DNA of 64,000 bases from Macrostomum lignano (taxonomy: Eukaryota): NCBI GenBank assembly GCA_002269645.1, contig NIVC01000719.1, forward strand, positions 300,020 to 364,019, written 5' to 3'. The translations under genes were made by a program, and so were the position numbers. Under the pieces are notes generated by a model. The model searched no databases. It worked only from the letters and a program-made list of their open reading frames with translations, and was not told the DNA's origin. Shown here in pieces: positions 10,777-22,642 of the stretch (its first letter is position 1; each line of letters starts with the position of its first letter).

Positions 10777-13048
10777 ATGGGCCAGTCTCTATCCGAGCCT
10801 GTCACCGCCAAAGAGACGTCGTTGAAACAGACCGCCAACCTGCTGATTGGCTCGTCCGCAATGCAGGGCTGGCGGCCGCGGATGGAGGACGCGCACGCCG
10901 TCCACACGCGGCTGTCGTCGCCGGCGCCGCCAGCGGTTCCCCGGCCAGCCGCAGCCCAGCCGGCCGTCACCTACGCCGGCGTCTTCGACGGCCACGGCGG
11001 TGCGAAGGTGGCCAGGTACGCTGCTGAGCATCTTCACCGCCGACTGGCTGCCGCCGGCGCCGCCGCGCCGCTGTCAGAGTCATCGTCCCCGGACGCCGTC
11101 GAACCAATCCGGGCCGCCTTTCTGGAAGTCGACCGCGATCTACGGCTTCGACGGGCTGACGGCGGCGCTGGATCCACCGCGCTGGTCCTCCTTGTTGACG
11201 ATTCGACCATCCGGTGCGCCAGTGTTGGTGACAGTCGCGCCGTACTGAGCGTGGCCGGCCGGCCGGTGCAACTCAGCCGCGACCACCATCCGGGTGCTTC
11301 CGCCGAGAGGGCCCGCATCTTGGCCGCCGGTGGTCGCGTTGTCGGCGGCCGAGTGAACGGCCGATTGGCTATCAGCCGAGCTTTGGGTGACTTCTCGTTC
11401 AAACGCAGCGGTAAACGGCCGCCCTCTGAACAGATGGTCACAGGTGAGCGAAACTGATCAAATTAGTTATAGCTAGCTATGCTACGGCTTCCTCGTCCTG
11501 TATATTTGAATTTGAACACAAAATTCGCATTTTTTTAGTTGGCAATTAAAAAAGCTAAGTTGCCTACTATCAGTAGTGTAAGTATGTTTTTTCTATACTG
11601 TATAATTGCAGTGAAGCTTCAGACTAAAACTATTTTTTTCATCTAACAAATGCCATTGCAGCCGATCCAAGTGTTTGTGTTCAAACCATCACGGATTCGA
11701 TGGAGTTCGTCGTGATGGCCAGCGACGGAGTCTGGGAAGTCATGTCCAATCAGGAAGTGGTGAGCTTTGTGCGCTCTCGTCTGGCTCGCGGAATGAATCC
11801 GGATGCGGTAAGCTCCAACTGCAATGCTAACCATAGACATCAGACCATAGACAATAAACTATTGACACTAGATCATAGACATCAGACCATAGACTATAAA
11901 CTATTGACACTAGATCATAGACATCAGACCATAGACAATAAACTATTGACACTAGATCATAGACATCAGACCATAGACAATAAACTATTGACACTAGATC
12001 ATAGACATCAGACCATAGACAATAAACTATTGACACTAGATCATAGACATCAGACCATAGACAATAAACTATTGACACTAGATCATAGACATCAGACCAT
12101 AGACAATAAACTATTGACACTAGATCATAGACATCAGACCATAGACAATAAACTATTGACACTAGATCATAGACATCAGACCATAGACAATAAACTATTG
12201 ACACTAGATCATAGACATCAGACCATAGACAATAAACTATTGACACTAGATCATAGACATCAGACCATAGACAATAAACTATTGACACTAGATCATAGAC
12301 ATCAGACCATAGACAATAAACTATTGACACTAGGTCATAGACATCAGACCATAGACAATAAACTATTGACACTAGATCATAGACATCAGACCATAGACTA
12401 TAAACTATTGACACTAGATCATAGACATCAGACCATAGACAAACTATTGACATTATATCATAGACATCAGACCATAGACAATAAACTATTGACACTAGAT
12501 CATAGACATCAGACCATAGACAATAAACTATTGACACTATATCATAGACATCGGATCATAGACAAACTATTGACACCATAGATAGATAATAGACATCAGA
12601 CCATAGACACTAGACCACAGACTCCAGACCATAGACTACCGACCACCCTAAGAGTGAATAGGGTGACATTTATAGTTAAGATGCATTCTAATTACATTTT
12701 GCCCATTGCAACAAAAATCGTCAGGTGTGCGAGGCTCTCCTAGACCACTGCCTAGCGCCCGATCGTCACAACGGCCGCACAGGCAAGGACAACATAACGG
12801 CCATCATTGTTGGCTTGCTGCACGGCCGCGGCAGCAGCGGCCTGTTTGAGGCCTGCGCCAAGCCCGTCGCCGCAGTCGCTGACGCTGCCGTTGCAGCCAT
12901 CGCCGCTGCTGCCACCGCCGCTGCTGCGGCCGGAGCCGTTGCCACCACTGCAGCCGTTACCACTGTTGGCACGGCTGCTGCTGCCACTGCAGCATCGGGC
13001 GGAGCTGCACCAAAATCAGCTCCTACTTCCAACAAGGTCAAAGCCTAA
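10777..13048 (+). CDS. Protein phosphatase 2C (PPM family, Ptc2/Ppm1-like) with Ala/Thr-rich tail; 3 exons
   Basis: Exons 10777-11443, 11662-11807, 12725-13048 with GT-AG borders and consistent phases. Motifs MGQSLSEPVT, SAMQGWRPRMEDAH, GVFDGHGG, VGDSRAVL, RVNGRLAISRALGD, ASDGVWE, DNITAIIV. Confidence 0.96.
11831..12600. repeat. 42-bp minisatellite in PP2C intron 2
   Basis: catagacatcagaccatagacaataaactattgacactagat units. Confidence 0.95.
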
Positions 13049-14238
13049 CCGTGGCTAACATGGCTGTGTATGCGTAAGCGCCTGTGTTTCGCTAAGTGGA
13101 ATCATCTAGCCATTCCGAACTCGGGCAGTTCCGAATGACGACGCGCATGTTAAATAAGATCATTAGCACATCATTCTGTATGTATCTATTGGCAACATCC
13201 TTGCGATAGTTTCTCTTGTGTGTGAAATAATATTTCAAACGACAGCTTCTTTTTATTTAAAAAGTAACCAACAGTGCTATACGCGATACCCAGACTATTG
13301 CGCATCATTCTTGGAAATAAGCTTCTTTTTTGAGTGTGTGGCTTGCAGCTACTACTAGGAGTAGTGCTCCTTCTAATACCTGTTATTTGTAATGCGAAAT
13401 GCGCTGGTAATGCCTCTTGTTTTTAGTTTGCATTTTTTGTCTGTGTCTGAATTTTTTAGGTTTTATCGAACTCATGCCTTCTTGCCCTTGGCAATGGCGC
13501 ACAAAAGTTGCAATCTTTTCACTTAAAAATTACATTTTTCTAACAATATCTAACAATAAACAACAGTAGCGCCGCCACAGGGCAAGAAGTCTGGTCTAAT
13601 TCAAATAAAAAATTGTTATAAAAATATCTTTTCTCAAACTTGCGCTTTTACTTTACAAAAGAAGCGAATGTTTAAACAAAATCTATAGCCTTCGCCGCTG
13701 CTAACAAACTACTTATTTTATTTACAAACAATTGGGCTCTTGCGATGAAAGTTTTTGCCGCATTTTCGGCGCATATTTTTTTGTACCTGAAAAAAACAGA
13801 ATTCTCACGCGCTCGCAAGTCCTGTCAATGAACTCTGCTACCTGTAATCTCCGAGCTGCTTCTTCACGTTCTTTCCGTCTGTTCCTTGTTGTTCTGTGTT
13901 GAAAATCTGAGGCGTGACAGCCGCCAATGTGTACTGTGTTTTTTAATTTCTATCATTTATTAATGCTATTAATTATTTTCTTAGTTATAAATACTATTAT
14001 TACTGGGCTGTGTAATTATCAGCTTAAGTTTGCGTCGCCGGTTCAGTAAATTCTAACGCAATATTTCTAGTTATAAAAATTATCAAAAACTGCATTTTGT
14101 TGGCTTTCTTCATTTGCTATATAATTCGGCTATTTATGTGGAAACACAAATAGCAGAACCTTTCGGAAGTCAAAACTTAGGGTATACAACTCAGCCCTGA
14201 CTTTCTAATCGCCAGGCACGCACCCTCCGTGCTGGCAT

Positions 14239-14517
14239 CCCTGGTGCTAAAGTCCCTGGTGCTAAAGCCCCTGGAGCTAAAGCCCCTGGTGCTTAAGTCC
14301 CTGGTGCTAAAGTCCCTGGAGCTAAAGCCCCTGGTGCTAAAGTCCCTGGTGCTAAAGTCCCTGGTGCTAAAGCTCCTGGAGCTAAAGCCCCTGGTGCTAA
14401 AGCCCCTGGTGCTAAAGCCCCTGGTGCTAAAGTCCCTGGTGCTAAAGTCCCTGGTGCTAAAGCCCCTGGAGCTAAAGCCCCTGCTGCTAAAGCCCCTGCT
14501 GCTGAAGCCCCTGGTGT
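14239..14517. repeat. 15-bp minisatellite (same family as 47682-48139)
   Basis: ccctggtgctaaag(t/c) units. Confidence 0.95.
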
Positions 14518-14852
14518 CCCAATTTGAGTGCCGACCAAAACTAATTTATCGTACATGTCAATATTGAAGTCAATATGAAGATTGAGTATTACGAAGTATG
14601 ATACTCAATCACACTTTAAGCTGTTTCAACACAAGCGTTCCAATCTGTGTGCTCCAGAGACTTCTCGAGTCGAAACGAACACTATAGTTTGAATCTCGAA
14701 ATTCTTCAATTGCTGGTTTATGGCCAGACTGCAATTGTTGAGTTCTGCAACCGCTTTTAGCAGTAGAAGAAATCTATTTAAGTAGAAAACAGCTTCGAAA
14801 AATTTTAATTAGCTCATCTAATAATAAAAAACTGGGCAAAAAATTTTGTGAG

Positions 14853-14925
14853 CGACCACGCCAGGACTCGAACCTGGAATCTTCTGATCCGTAGTCAGAC
14901 GCGTTATCCATTGCGACACGCGGCC
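14853..14925 (-). tRNA. tRNA-Arg-ACG: tRNA-Arg(ACG) copy 1, G10U variant
   Basis: Minus strand GGCCGCGTGTCGCAATGGATAACGCGTCTGACTACGGATCAGAAGATTCCAGGTTCGAGTCCTGGCGTGGTCG; cloverleaf, anticodon ACG, T6 terminator; G10->U breaks a D-stem pair. Confidence 0.88.
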
Positions 14926-15108
14926 CTCGAAGTTTGGTAGTCCTTGAGCATTTCTTAATCATTTATGTGTTTGATCAGACGCCAATCTCTTAATGGGTAC
15001 GATTTCAGTAGTAATGATAGAGTATGTTAAATCTTTTTAGGAAAAACAAAATTTAGGAGAAATTTAAAAGAGGAAATTCGAGAAGGTCATTCAAATCTGA
15101 ATGCACCA

Positions 15109-15759
15109 CTGACACCTATTCCATGCCTCACTGACACCTATTCCAATGCCTCACTGGAGTCTATTCCAATGCCTCACTGGAGTCTATTCCAATGCCTCAC
15201 TGAAGTCTATTCCAATACTTCATTGAAGCCTATTCCAATGCCTCACTGATACCTATTCCAATGCCTCACTGACACCTATTCCAATGCCTCGCTGACACCT
15301 ATTCCAATGCCTCACTGACACCTATTCCAATGCCTCACTGACACCTATTCCAATGCAGCACTGACACCTATTCCAATGCCTCACTGACACCTATTCCAAT
15401 GCCTCACTGACACCTATTCCAATGCAGCATTGACACCTATTCCAATGCCTCACTGACACCTATTCCAATGCCTCACTGACACCTATTCCAATGCAGCACT
15501 GACACCTATTCCAATGCCTCACCGACACCTATTCCAATGCCTCACTGACACCTATTCCAATGCCTCACTGACACCTATTCCGATGCAGCATTGACACCTA
15601 TTCCAATGCCTCACTGACACCTATTCCAATGCCTCACTGACACCTATTCCAATGCAGCACTGACACCTATTCCAATGCCTCACTGACACCTATTCCAATG
15701 CCTCACTGACACCTATTCCAATGCCTCACTGACACCCATTCCAATGCAGCACTGACACC
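15109..15759. repeat. Satellite A block 1 (23-bp)
   Basis: ctgacacctattccaatgc(ctc/agc)a units between tRNA copies 1 and 2. Confidence 0.95.
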
Positions 15760-15844
15760 CACAGGATTTCTTGACAAATGACTATTCTGATATTTTTGTG
15801 GCCATATAAAAATACAAGTAAAATCGAAAAAATATATTTCAGAG

Positions 15845-15917
15845 CGACCACGCCAGGACTCGAACCTGGAATCTTCTGATCCGTAGTCAGACGCGTTATC
15901 CATTGCGCCACGCGGCC
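15845..15917 (-). tRNA. tRNA-Arg-ACG: tRNA-Arg(ACG) copy 2
   Basis: Canonical 73-nt GGCCGCGTGGCGCAATGG...CTACGGA...GGTTCGAGTCC...GGTCG with downstream T-run. Confidence 0.97.
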
Positions 15918-16157
15918 CTCGGCAGCAGGACTGCCTCAGTCTGTCAAATAAAATTGAAAATTACTAAATCTGATTCCCAGATTTATTTGACCTGCTGTCG
16001 TCAGCCAGAGCCGTCACAAAGTGGTTATGTGCGGCAGGTTTTCTGTATTCAGATATCTTCGTATACCTGCTGAACCTGTAGCATTGTCGCTTGCCTTAAT
16101 AACCTTTTCCATTCTCTCCATTGCAATACTAAATAGCTGACTGTGAGCATGATATGG

Positions 16158-16819
16158 GCCAGTCACACCTGATAATGATCAAGCCAGGGACACCTAATAA
16201 TGATCAGGCCAGTCACACCTGATAATGATCAAGCCAGTCACACCTGATAATGATCAAGCCAGTCACACCTGATAATGATCAGGCCAGTCACACCTGATAA
16301 TGATCAAGCCAGTCACACCTGATAATGATCAAGCCAGTCACACCTGATAATGATCAAGCCAGTCACACCTGATAATGATCAGGCCAGTCACACCTGATAA
16401 TGATCAAGCCAGTCACACCTGATAATGATCAAGCCAGTCACACCTGATAATGATCAAGCCAGTCACACCTGATAATGATCAAGCCAGTCACACCTGATAA
16501 TGATCAAGCCAGTCACACCTGATAATGATCAAGCCAGTCACACCTGATAATGATCAAGCCAGTCACACCTGATAATGATCAAGCCAGTCACACCTGATAA
16601 TGATCAAGCCAGTCACACCTGATAATGCTCAAGCCAGTCACACCTGACAATGATCAAGCCAGTCACACCTGATAACGATCAAGTCAGTCACACCTGATAA
16701 TGATCAAGCCAGTCACACCTGATAATGATCAAGCCAGTCACACCTGATAATGATCAAGCCAGTCACACCTGATAATGATCAAGCCAGTCACACCTGACAA
16801 TGATCAAGCCAGTCACACC
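16158..16819. repeat. Satellite B block 1 (25-bp)
   Basis: gccagtcacacctgataatgatcaa units, about 26 copies. Confidence 0.95.
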
Positions 16820-17269
16820 CACAGATACTAGAATAACTAGATAGGCCACTCGGCACATTTGCGTGCCAGCTACTTTCAGTTCAGTAGTAAGTTAAACAGA
16901 AGCATTTTAATGTATTCTTAAAGCCAGAGCTTATTTATTGGCTCTTACCCCCCCCCCAAGCTAATAAACCCTCAAACTCCTCATAGAACCTCTACCCCCG
17001 GCCCGCGACCTAATTTTATTACCTTCTTCGGTTGTTCCAGCCTAAATCTGCCTTGTACATTTCAGTGGCTTATGTATATTATGGCTGAACCAATTGGCAA
17101 GCTGTTTACGCCTGCAAGCTTGGGCTTCTAAACTTATCAAAGTCATTTCAGCTGCCTTATTCTTATAAAATAGCTTATGTATTCTTCTTTGCTACTGAAC
17201 TGAAAGTAGAAAGCTGTTTTGCCAAGTATAAATGCCAGAATGGCCCATCTAGTTATTCTAGTATCTGTG
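16820..17269. mobile_element. hAT-type MITE copy 1 (450 bp)
   Basis: TIR cacagatactagaataactagat(a/g)ggcca (28 of 29 match), 8-bp TSD gtcacacc on both sides, subterminal IR ctactttcagttcagtag. Confidence 0.92.
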
Positions 17270-17544
17270 GTCACACCTGATATTGATTGAGACAGTCAAC
17301 AAGTAAGCCATTTTAACAATTGAAAATTAATTGTATGAAATATTTTAGTAGTATTACATGCAATTTTTTCAATATATTTTATGAGTTCAACGTGAATTAA
17401 AAATCTTTTTTCTATCATTAGTTAATCGTACCTTTGAGCCTATAATTAAATAAATATATAATACACAGATACAACCAGTTTTTGCAGCTTATATCACAGC
17501 TTGTCAAAAGATGTTCACTCTTGATTACTCATTAAAGTAGTATC

Positions 17545-18495
17545 CTAGTTGCAGTTGTCAGCTGAGCACACTGAGCAGTCTCCATAGTTAGGCAAGGCGG
17601 TGAGGCTTGAGCAGCCGTCCTTGTCCAGGTAGCAGGCCCTGTAGTACTGAAAATGATTTTGGCCAATCATTTTATATTACTGCCACAAGTAGTAAGAGGT
17701 CGCAACAGGTCATGTGTTTAAACGGATTTAGACAAAACTGCAATTCGACACTGGTAGAATTCCCGTCATACCGATTTCCTGCCGCCGATGGCAACTGAGA
17801 ACCTGATGCAGTAGTCATAACCTGCCACACAGTTTACACTGGCTGCTCTGCCATCTGGCGATGCAGCGTTGGATGCTGAGTGACATCGAAGTCCAGCTGC
17901 GGGGTCTGGGCGAATCGGGGTATGTTGTGAGCTGTGACTGGGTGCTGACACTACCGTTCTGACTGTGACTGAGTGCTGTGGCTGTGACTGTGGCTGTGAC
18001 AGTGACAGTGACTGTGAATGTGACTGTGACACCGTGACTGTGACTGTGACACCGTGACTGTGACTGTGACACCGTGACTGTGACTGTGACACCGTGACTG
18101 TGACTGTGACACCGTGACTGTGACAATGCGCCTGTAAATGTTACTGTGACAGTGACAGTGACTGCGATTGTGACTATGATACTGACTGTGACTGTGACAC
18201 TGTGACTGTGACACCGTGACTGTGACAATGCGCCTGTAAATGTTACTGTGACAGTGACAGTGACTGCGACTGTGACTATGATACTGTGACTGTGACTGTG
18301 ACTGTGACTGTGACAGTGACTATGGCTGTGACAGCAGTCTCCCATGATGCAAACAATGTAAGTGACTCTTTTCATTTCACACTAACCTACAAGTATCTCT
18401 CAGAACTCAAATCATAACGCCAGATTACAAAACTCACCGATTGCATTGAAAGCTAGCATTAGCAGAATAGCAGAGCAGGCAGTTTGTCTCAGCAT
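17545..18495 (-). CDS. Secreted three-finger/Ly6(LU)-like 8-Cys protein, copy 1 (94 aa, 3 exons)
   Basis: Exons 18495-18438, 17896-17772, 17646-17545, GT-AG, phases 1 and 0. Translation MLRQTACSAILLMLAFNAI AGLRCHSASNAASPDGRAASVNCVAGYDYCIRFSVAIGGRKS YYRACYLDKDGCSSLTALPNYGDCSVCSADNCN*; same exon layout as the paralog at 40800-42055. Confidence 0.88.
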
Positions 18496-18570
18496 TCTGT
18501 GGCTCTTCTGTCTAAACTTTTCTGTCCGCGGAGAATAGCGAATAAAGAATGCCAGTTTCGCTGTCAGAAC

Positions 18571-18578
18571 CTTAAATA
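18571..18578 (-). promoter_or_regulatory. Putative TATA-like element of the three-finger gene (present in every unit)
   Basis: Minus strand TATTTAAG 76 nt upstream of the ATG; motif only, no transcript evidence. Confidence 0.4.
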
Positions 18579-18736
18579 GCTGGGGCGCTCAGCTTGAACC
18601 AACCAGTACGCCAGTACTGCATTGTGCGTGCGTGCGGCATATAGACAGAACTTCCACATCTGATGTACAACTGCAGTCAGAGGTGCAATATTGAACTCTA
18701 AAATTACTATTTACTAAAAATATTAATAGCTCAGAG

Positions 18737-18809
18737 CGACCACGCCAGGACTCGAACCTGGAAGCTTCTGATCCGTAGTCAGACGCGTTATCCATTGCGC
18801 CACGCGGCC
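18737..18809 (-). tRNA. tRNA-Arg-ACG: tRNA-Arg(ACG) copy 3, A46C variant
   Basis: Variable loop reads AGCTT instead of AGATT; otherwise canonical; T5 terminator. Confidence 0.93.
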
Positions 18810-18992
18810 CTCGAAATTTGGTAGTCCTTGAGCATTCCTTAACGATTTATGTGTTTGATCAGACGCCAATCTCTTAATGGGTACGATTTCAGTAGTAATG
18901 ATAGAGTATGTTAAATCTTTTTAGGAAAAACTAAATTTAAGAGACATTTGAAAGAGGAAATTCGAAAAGGTCATCCAAATCTGAATGCACCA

Positions 18993-19708
18993 CTGACACC
19001 TATTCCATGCCTCACTGACACCTATTCCAATGCCTCACTGACACATATTCCAATGCCTCACTGACACCTATTCCATGCCTCACTGATACCTATTCCATGC
19101 CTCACTGACACCTATTCCAATGCCTCACTGACACATATTCCAATGCCTCACTGACACCTATTCCATGCCTCACTGACACCTATTCCAATGCCTCACTGAC
19201 ACCTATTCCAATGCAGCACTGACACCTATTCCAATGCCTCACTGATACCTATTCCAATGCCTCACTGACACATATTCCAATGCCTCACTGACACCTATTC
19301 CATGCCTCACTGGCACCTATTCCAATGCCTCACTGACACCTATTCCAATGCAGCACTGACACCTATTCCAATGCCTCACTGATACCTATTCCAATGCCTC
19401 ACTGACACCTATTCCAATGCAGCACTGACACCTATTCCAATGCAGCACTGACATCTATTCCAATGCAGCACTGACATCTATTCCAATGCCTCACTGACAC
19501 CTATTCCAATGCCTCACTGACACCTATTCCAATGCCTCGCTGACACCTATTCCAATGCCTCACTGACACCTATTCCAATGCCTCACTGACACCTATTCCA
19601 ATGCAGCACTGACACCTATTCCAATGCCTTACTGACATCTATTCCAATGCAGCACTGACATCTATTCCAATGCAGCACTGACACCCATTTCAATGCAGCA
19701 CTGACACC
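18993..19708. repeat. Satellite A block 2
   Basis: 22/23-bp ctgacacctattcca(a)tgcctca units. Confidence 0.95.
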
Positions 19709-19793
19709 CACAGAATTTCTTGACAAATGACTATTCTGATATTTTTGTGGCCATATAAAAATACAAGTAAAATCGAAAAAATATATTTCAGAG

Positions 19794-19866
19794 CGACCAC
19801 GCCAGGACTCGAACCTGGAATCTTCTGATCCGTAGTCAGACGCGTTATCCATTGCGCCACGCGGCC
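19794..19866 (-). tRNA. tRNA-Arg-ACG: tRNA-Arg(ACG) copy 4
   Basis: Canonical sequence with terminator. Confidence 0.97.
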
Positions 19867-20106
19867 CTCGGCAGCAGGACTGCCTCAGTCTGTCAAATAA
19901 AATTGAAAATTACTAAATCTGATTCCCAGATTTATTTGACCTGCTGTCGTCAGCCAGAGCCGTCACAAAGTGGTTATGTGCGGCAGGTTTTCTGTATTCA
20001 GATATCTTCGTATACCTGCTGAACCTGTAGCATTGTCGCTTGCCTTAATAACCTTTTCCATTCTCTCCATTGCAATACTAAATAGCTGACTGTGAGCATG
20101 ATATGG

Positions 20107-20468
20107 GCCAGTCACACCTGATAATGATCAAGCCAGTCACACCTGATAATGATCAAGCCAGTCACACCTGATAATGATCAGGCCAGTCACACCTGATAAT
20201 GATCAAGCCAGTCACACCTGATAATGATCAAGCCAGTCACACCTGATAATGATCAGGCCAGTCGCACCTGATAATGATCAAGCCAGTCACACCTGATAAT
20301 GATCAAGCCAGTCACACCTGATAATGATCAAGCCAGTCACACCTGATAATGATCAAGCCAGTCACACCTGATAATGATCAAGCCAGTCACACCTGATAAT
20401 GATCAAGCCAGTCACACCTGATAATGCTCAAGCCAGTCACACCTGAATATGATCAAGCCAGTCACACC
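20107..20468. repeat. Satellite B block 2
   Basis: 25-bp units, about 14 copies. Confidence 0.95.
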
Positions 20469-20919
20469 CACAGATACTAGAATAACTAGATAGGCCACTC
20501 GGCACATTTGAGTGCCAGCTACTTTCAGTTCAGTAGTAAGTTAAACAGAAGCATTTTAATGTATTCTTAAAGCCAGAGCTTATTTATTGGCTCTTACCCC
20601 CCCCCCCAAGCTAATAAACCCTCAAACTCCTCATAGAACCTCTACCCCCGGCCCGCGACCTAATTTTATTACCTTCTTCGGTTGTTCCAGCCTAAATCTG
20701 CCTTGTACATTTCAGTGGCTTATGTATATTATGGCTGAACCAATTGGCAAGCTGTTTACGCCTGCAAGCTTGGGCTTCTAAACTTATCAAAGTCATTTCA
20801 GCTGCCTTATTCTTATAAAATAGCTTATGTATTCTTCTTTGCTACTGAACTGAAAGTAGAAAGCTGTTTTGCCAAGTATAAATGCCAGAATGGCCCATCT
20901 AGTTATTCTAGTATCTGTG
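20469..20919. mobile_element. hAT-type MITE copy 2
   Basis: Same TIRs and gtcacacc TSD as copy 1. Confidence 0.92.
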
Positions 20920-21194
20920 GTCACACCTGATATTGATTGAGACAGTCAACAAGTAAGCCATTTTAACAATTGAAAATTAATTGTATGAAATATTTTAGTA
21001 GTATTACATGCAATTTTTTCAATATATTTTATGAGTTCAACGTGAATTAAAAATCTTTTTTCTATCATTAGTTAATCGTACCTTTGAGCCTATAATTAAA
21101 TAAATATATAATACACAGATACAACCAGTTTTTGCAGCTTATATCACAGCTTGTCAAAAGATGTTCACTCTTGATTACTCATTAAAGTAGTATC

Positions 21195-22145
21195 CTAGTT
21201 GCAGTTGTCAGCTGAGCACACTGAGCAGTCTCCATAGTTAGGCAAGGCGGTGAGGCTTGAGCAGCCGTCCTTGTCCAGGTAGCAGGCCCTGTAGTACTGA
21301 AAATGATTTTGGCCAATCATTTTATATTACTGCCACAAGTAGTAAGAGGTCGCAACAGGTCATGTGTTTAAACGGATTTAGACAAAACTGCAATTCGACA
21401 CTGGTAGAATTCCCGTCATACCGATTTCCTGCCGCCGATGGCAACTGAGAACCTGATGCAGTAGTCATAACCTGCCACACAGTTTACACTGGCTGCTCTG
21501 CCATCTGGCGATGCAGCGTTGGATGCTGAGTGACATCGAAGTCCAGCTGCGGGGTCTGGGCGAATCGGGGTATGTTGTGAGCTGTGACTGGGTGCTGACA
21601 CTACCGTTCTGACTGTGACTGAGTGCTGTGGCTGTGACTGTGGCTGTGACAGTGACAGTGACTGTGAATGTGACTGTGACACCGTGACTGTGACTGTGAC
21701 ACCGTGACTGTGACTGTGACACCGTGACTGTGACTGTGACACCGTGACTGTGACTGTGACACCGTGACTGTGACAATGCGCCTGTAAATGTTACTGTGAC
21801 AGTGACAGTGACTGCGATTGTGACTATGATACTGACTGTGACTGTGACACTGTGACTGTGACACCGTGACTGTGACAATGCGCCTGTAAATGTTACTGTG
21901 ACAGTGACAGTGACTGCGACTGTGACTATGATACTGTGACTGTGACTGTGACTGTGACTGTGACAGTGACTATGGCTGTGACAGCAGTCTCCCATGATGC
22001 AAACAATGTAAGTGACTCTTTTCATTTCACACTAACCTACAAGTATCTCTCAGAACTCAAATCATAACGCCAGATTACAAAACTCACCGATTGCATTGAA
22101 AGCTAGCATTAGCAGAATAGCAGAGCAGGCAGTTTGTCTCAGCAT
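21195..22145 (-). CDS. Secreted three-finger-like protein, copy 2
   Basis: Exact 3650-bp offset of copy 1; exons 22145-22088, 21546-21422, 21296-21195. Confidence 0.88.
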
Positions 22146-22386
22146 TCTGTGGCTCTTCTGTCTAAACTTTTCTGTCCGCGGAGAATAGCGAATAAAGAAT
22201 GCCAGTTTCGCTGTCAGAACCTTAAATAGCTGGGGCGCTCAGCTTGAACCAACCAGTACGCCAGTACTGCATTGTGCGTGCGTGCGGCATATAGACAGAA
22301 CTTCCACATCTGATGTACAACTGCAGTCAGAGGTGCAATATTGAACTCTAAAATTACTATTTACTAAAAATATTAATAGCTCAGAG

Positions 22387-22459
22387 CGACCACGCCAGGA
22401 CTCGAACCTGGAAGCTTCTGATCCGTAGTCAGACGCGTTATCCATTGCGCCACGCGGCC
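22387..22459 (-). tRNA. tRNA-Arg-ACG: tRNA-Arg(ACG) copy 5, A46C variant
   Basis: As copy 3. Confidence 0.93.
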
Positions 22460-22642
22460 CTCGAAATTTGGTAGTCCTTGAGCATTCCTTAACGATTTAT
22501 GTGTTTGATCAGACGCCAATCTCTTAATGGGTACGATTTCAGTAGTAATGATAGAGTATGTTAAATCTTTTTAGGAAAAACTAAATTTAAGAGACATTTG
22601 AAAGAGGAAATTCGAAAAGGTCATCCAAATCTGAATGCACCA

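Noticed and set aside
13478-13589. Short imperfect inverted repeat 3' of PP2C
   Set aside because: About 20-bp arms with indels, no TSD; insufficient to call an element.
14774-14962. Recurrent ORFs starting MDNASDYGSEDSRFESWRGRS or MAQWITRLTTDQK
   Set aside because: Translations of the tRNA-Arg genes themselves.
15109-16819. CRISPR-like appearance of satellites A and B
   Set aside because: Units are head-to-tail with no unique spacers, there are no cas genes, and the context is eukaryotic.
17766-18375. His/Ser/Thr/Val-rich ORFs (and equivalents at 21.4, 25.1, 29.5 and 37.3 kb)
   Set aside because: They read through the intron-1 GTGACT repeat; only the GLRC...GRKS portion is exonic, as shown by splice sites and the paralog.
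17545-18809. Idea that tRNA-Arg(ACG) is co-amplified to supply codons for the three-finger gene
   Set aside because: Only 1 of its 6 Arg codons (CGA) is readable by ICG; the rest are AGA/AGG.
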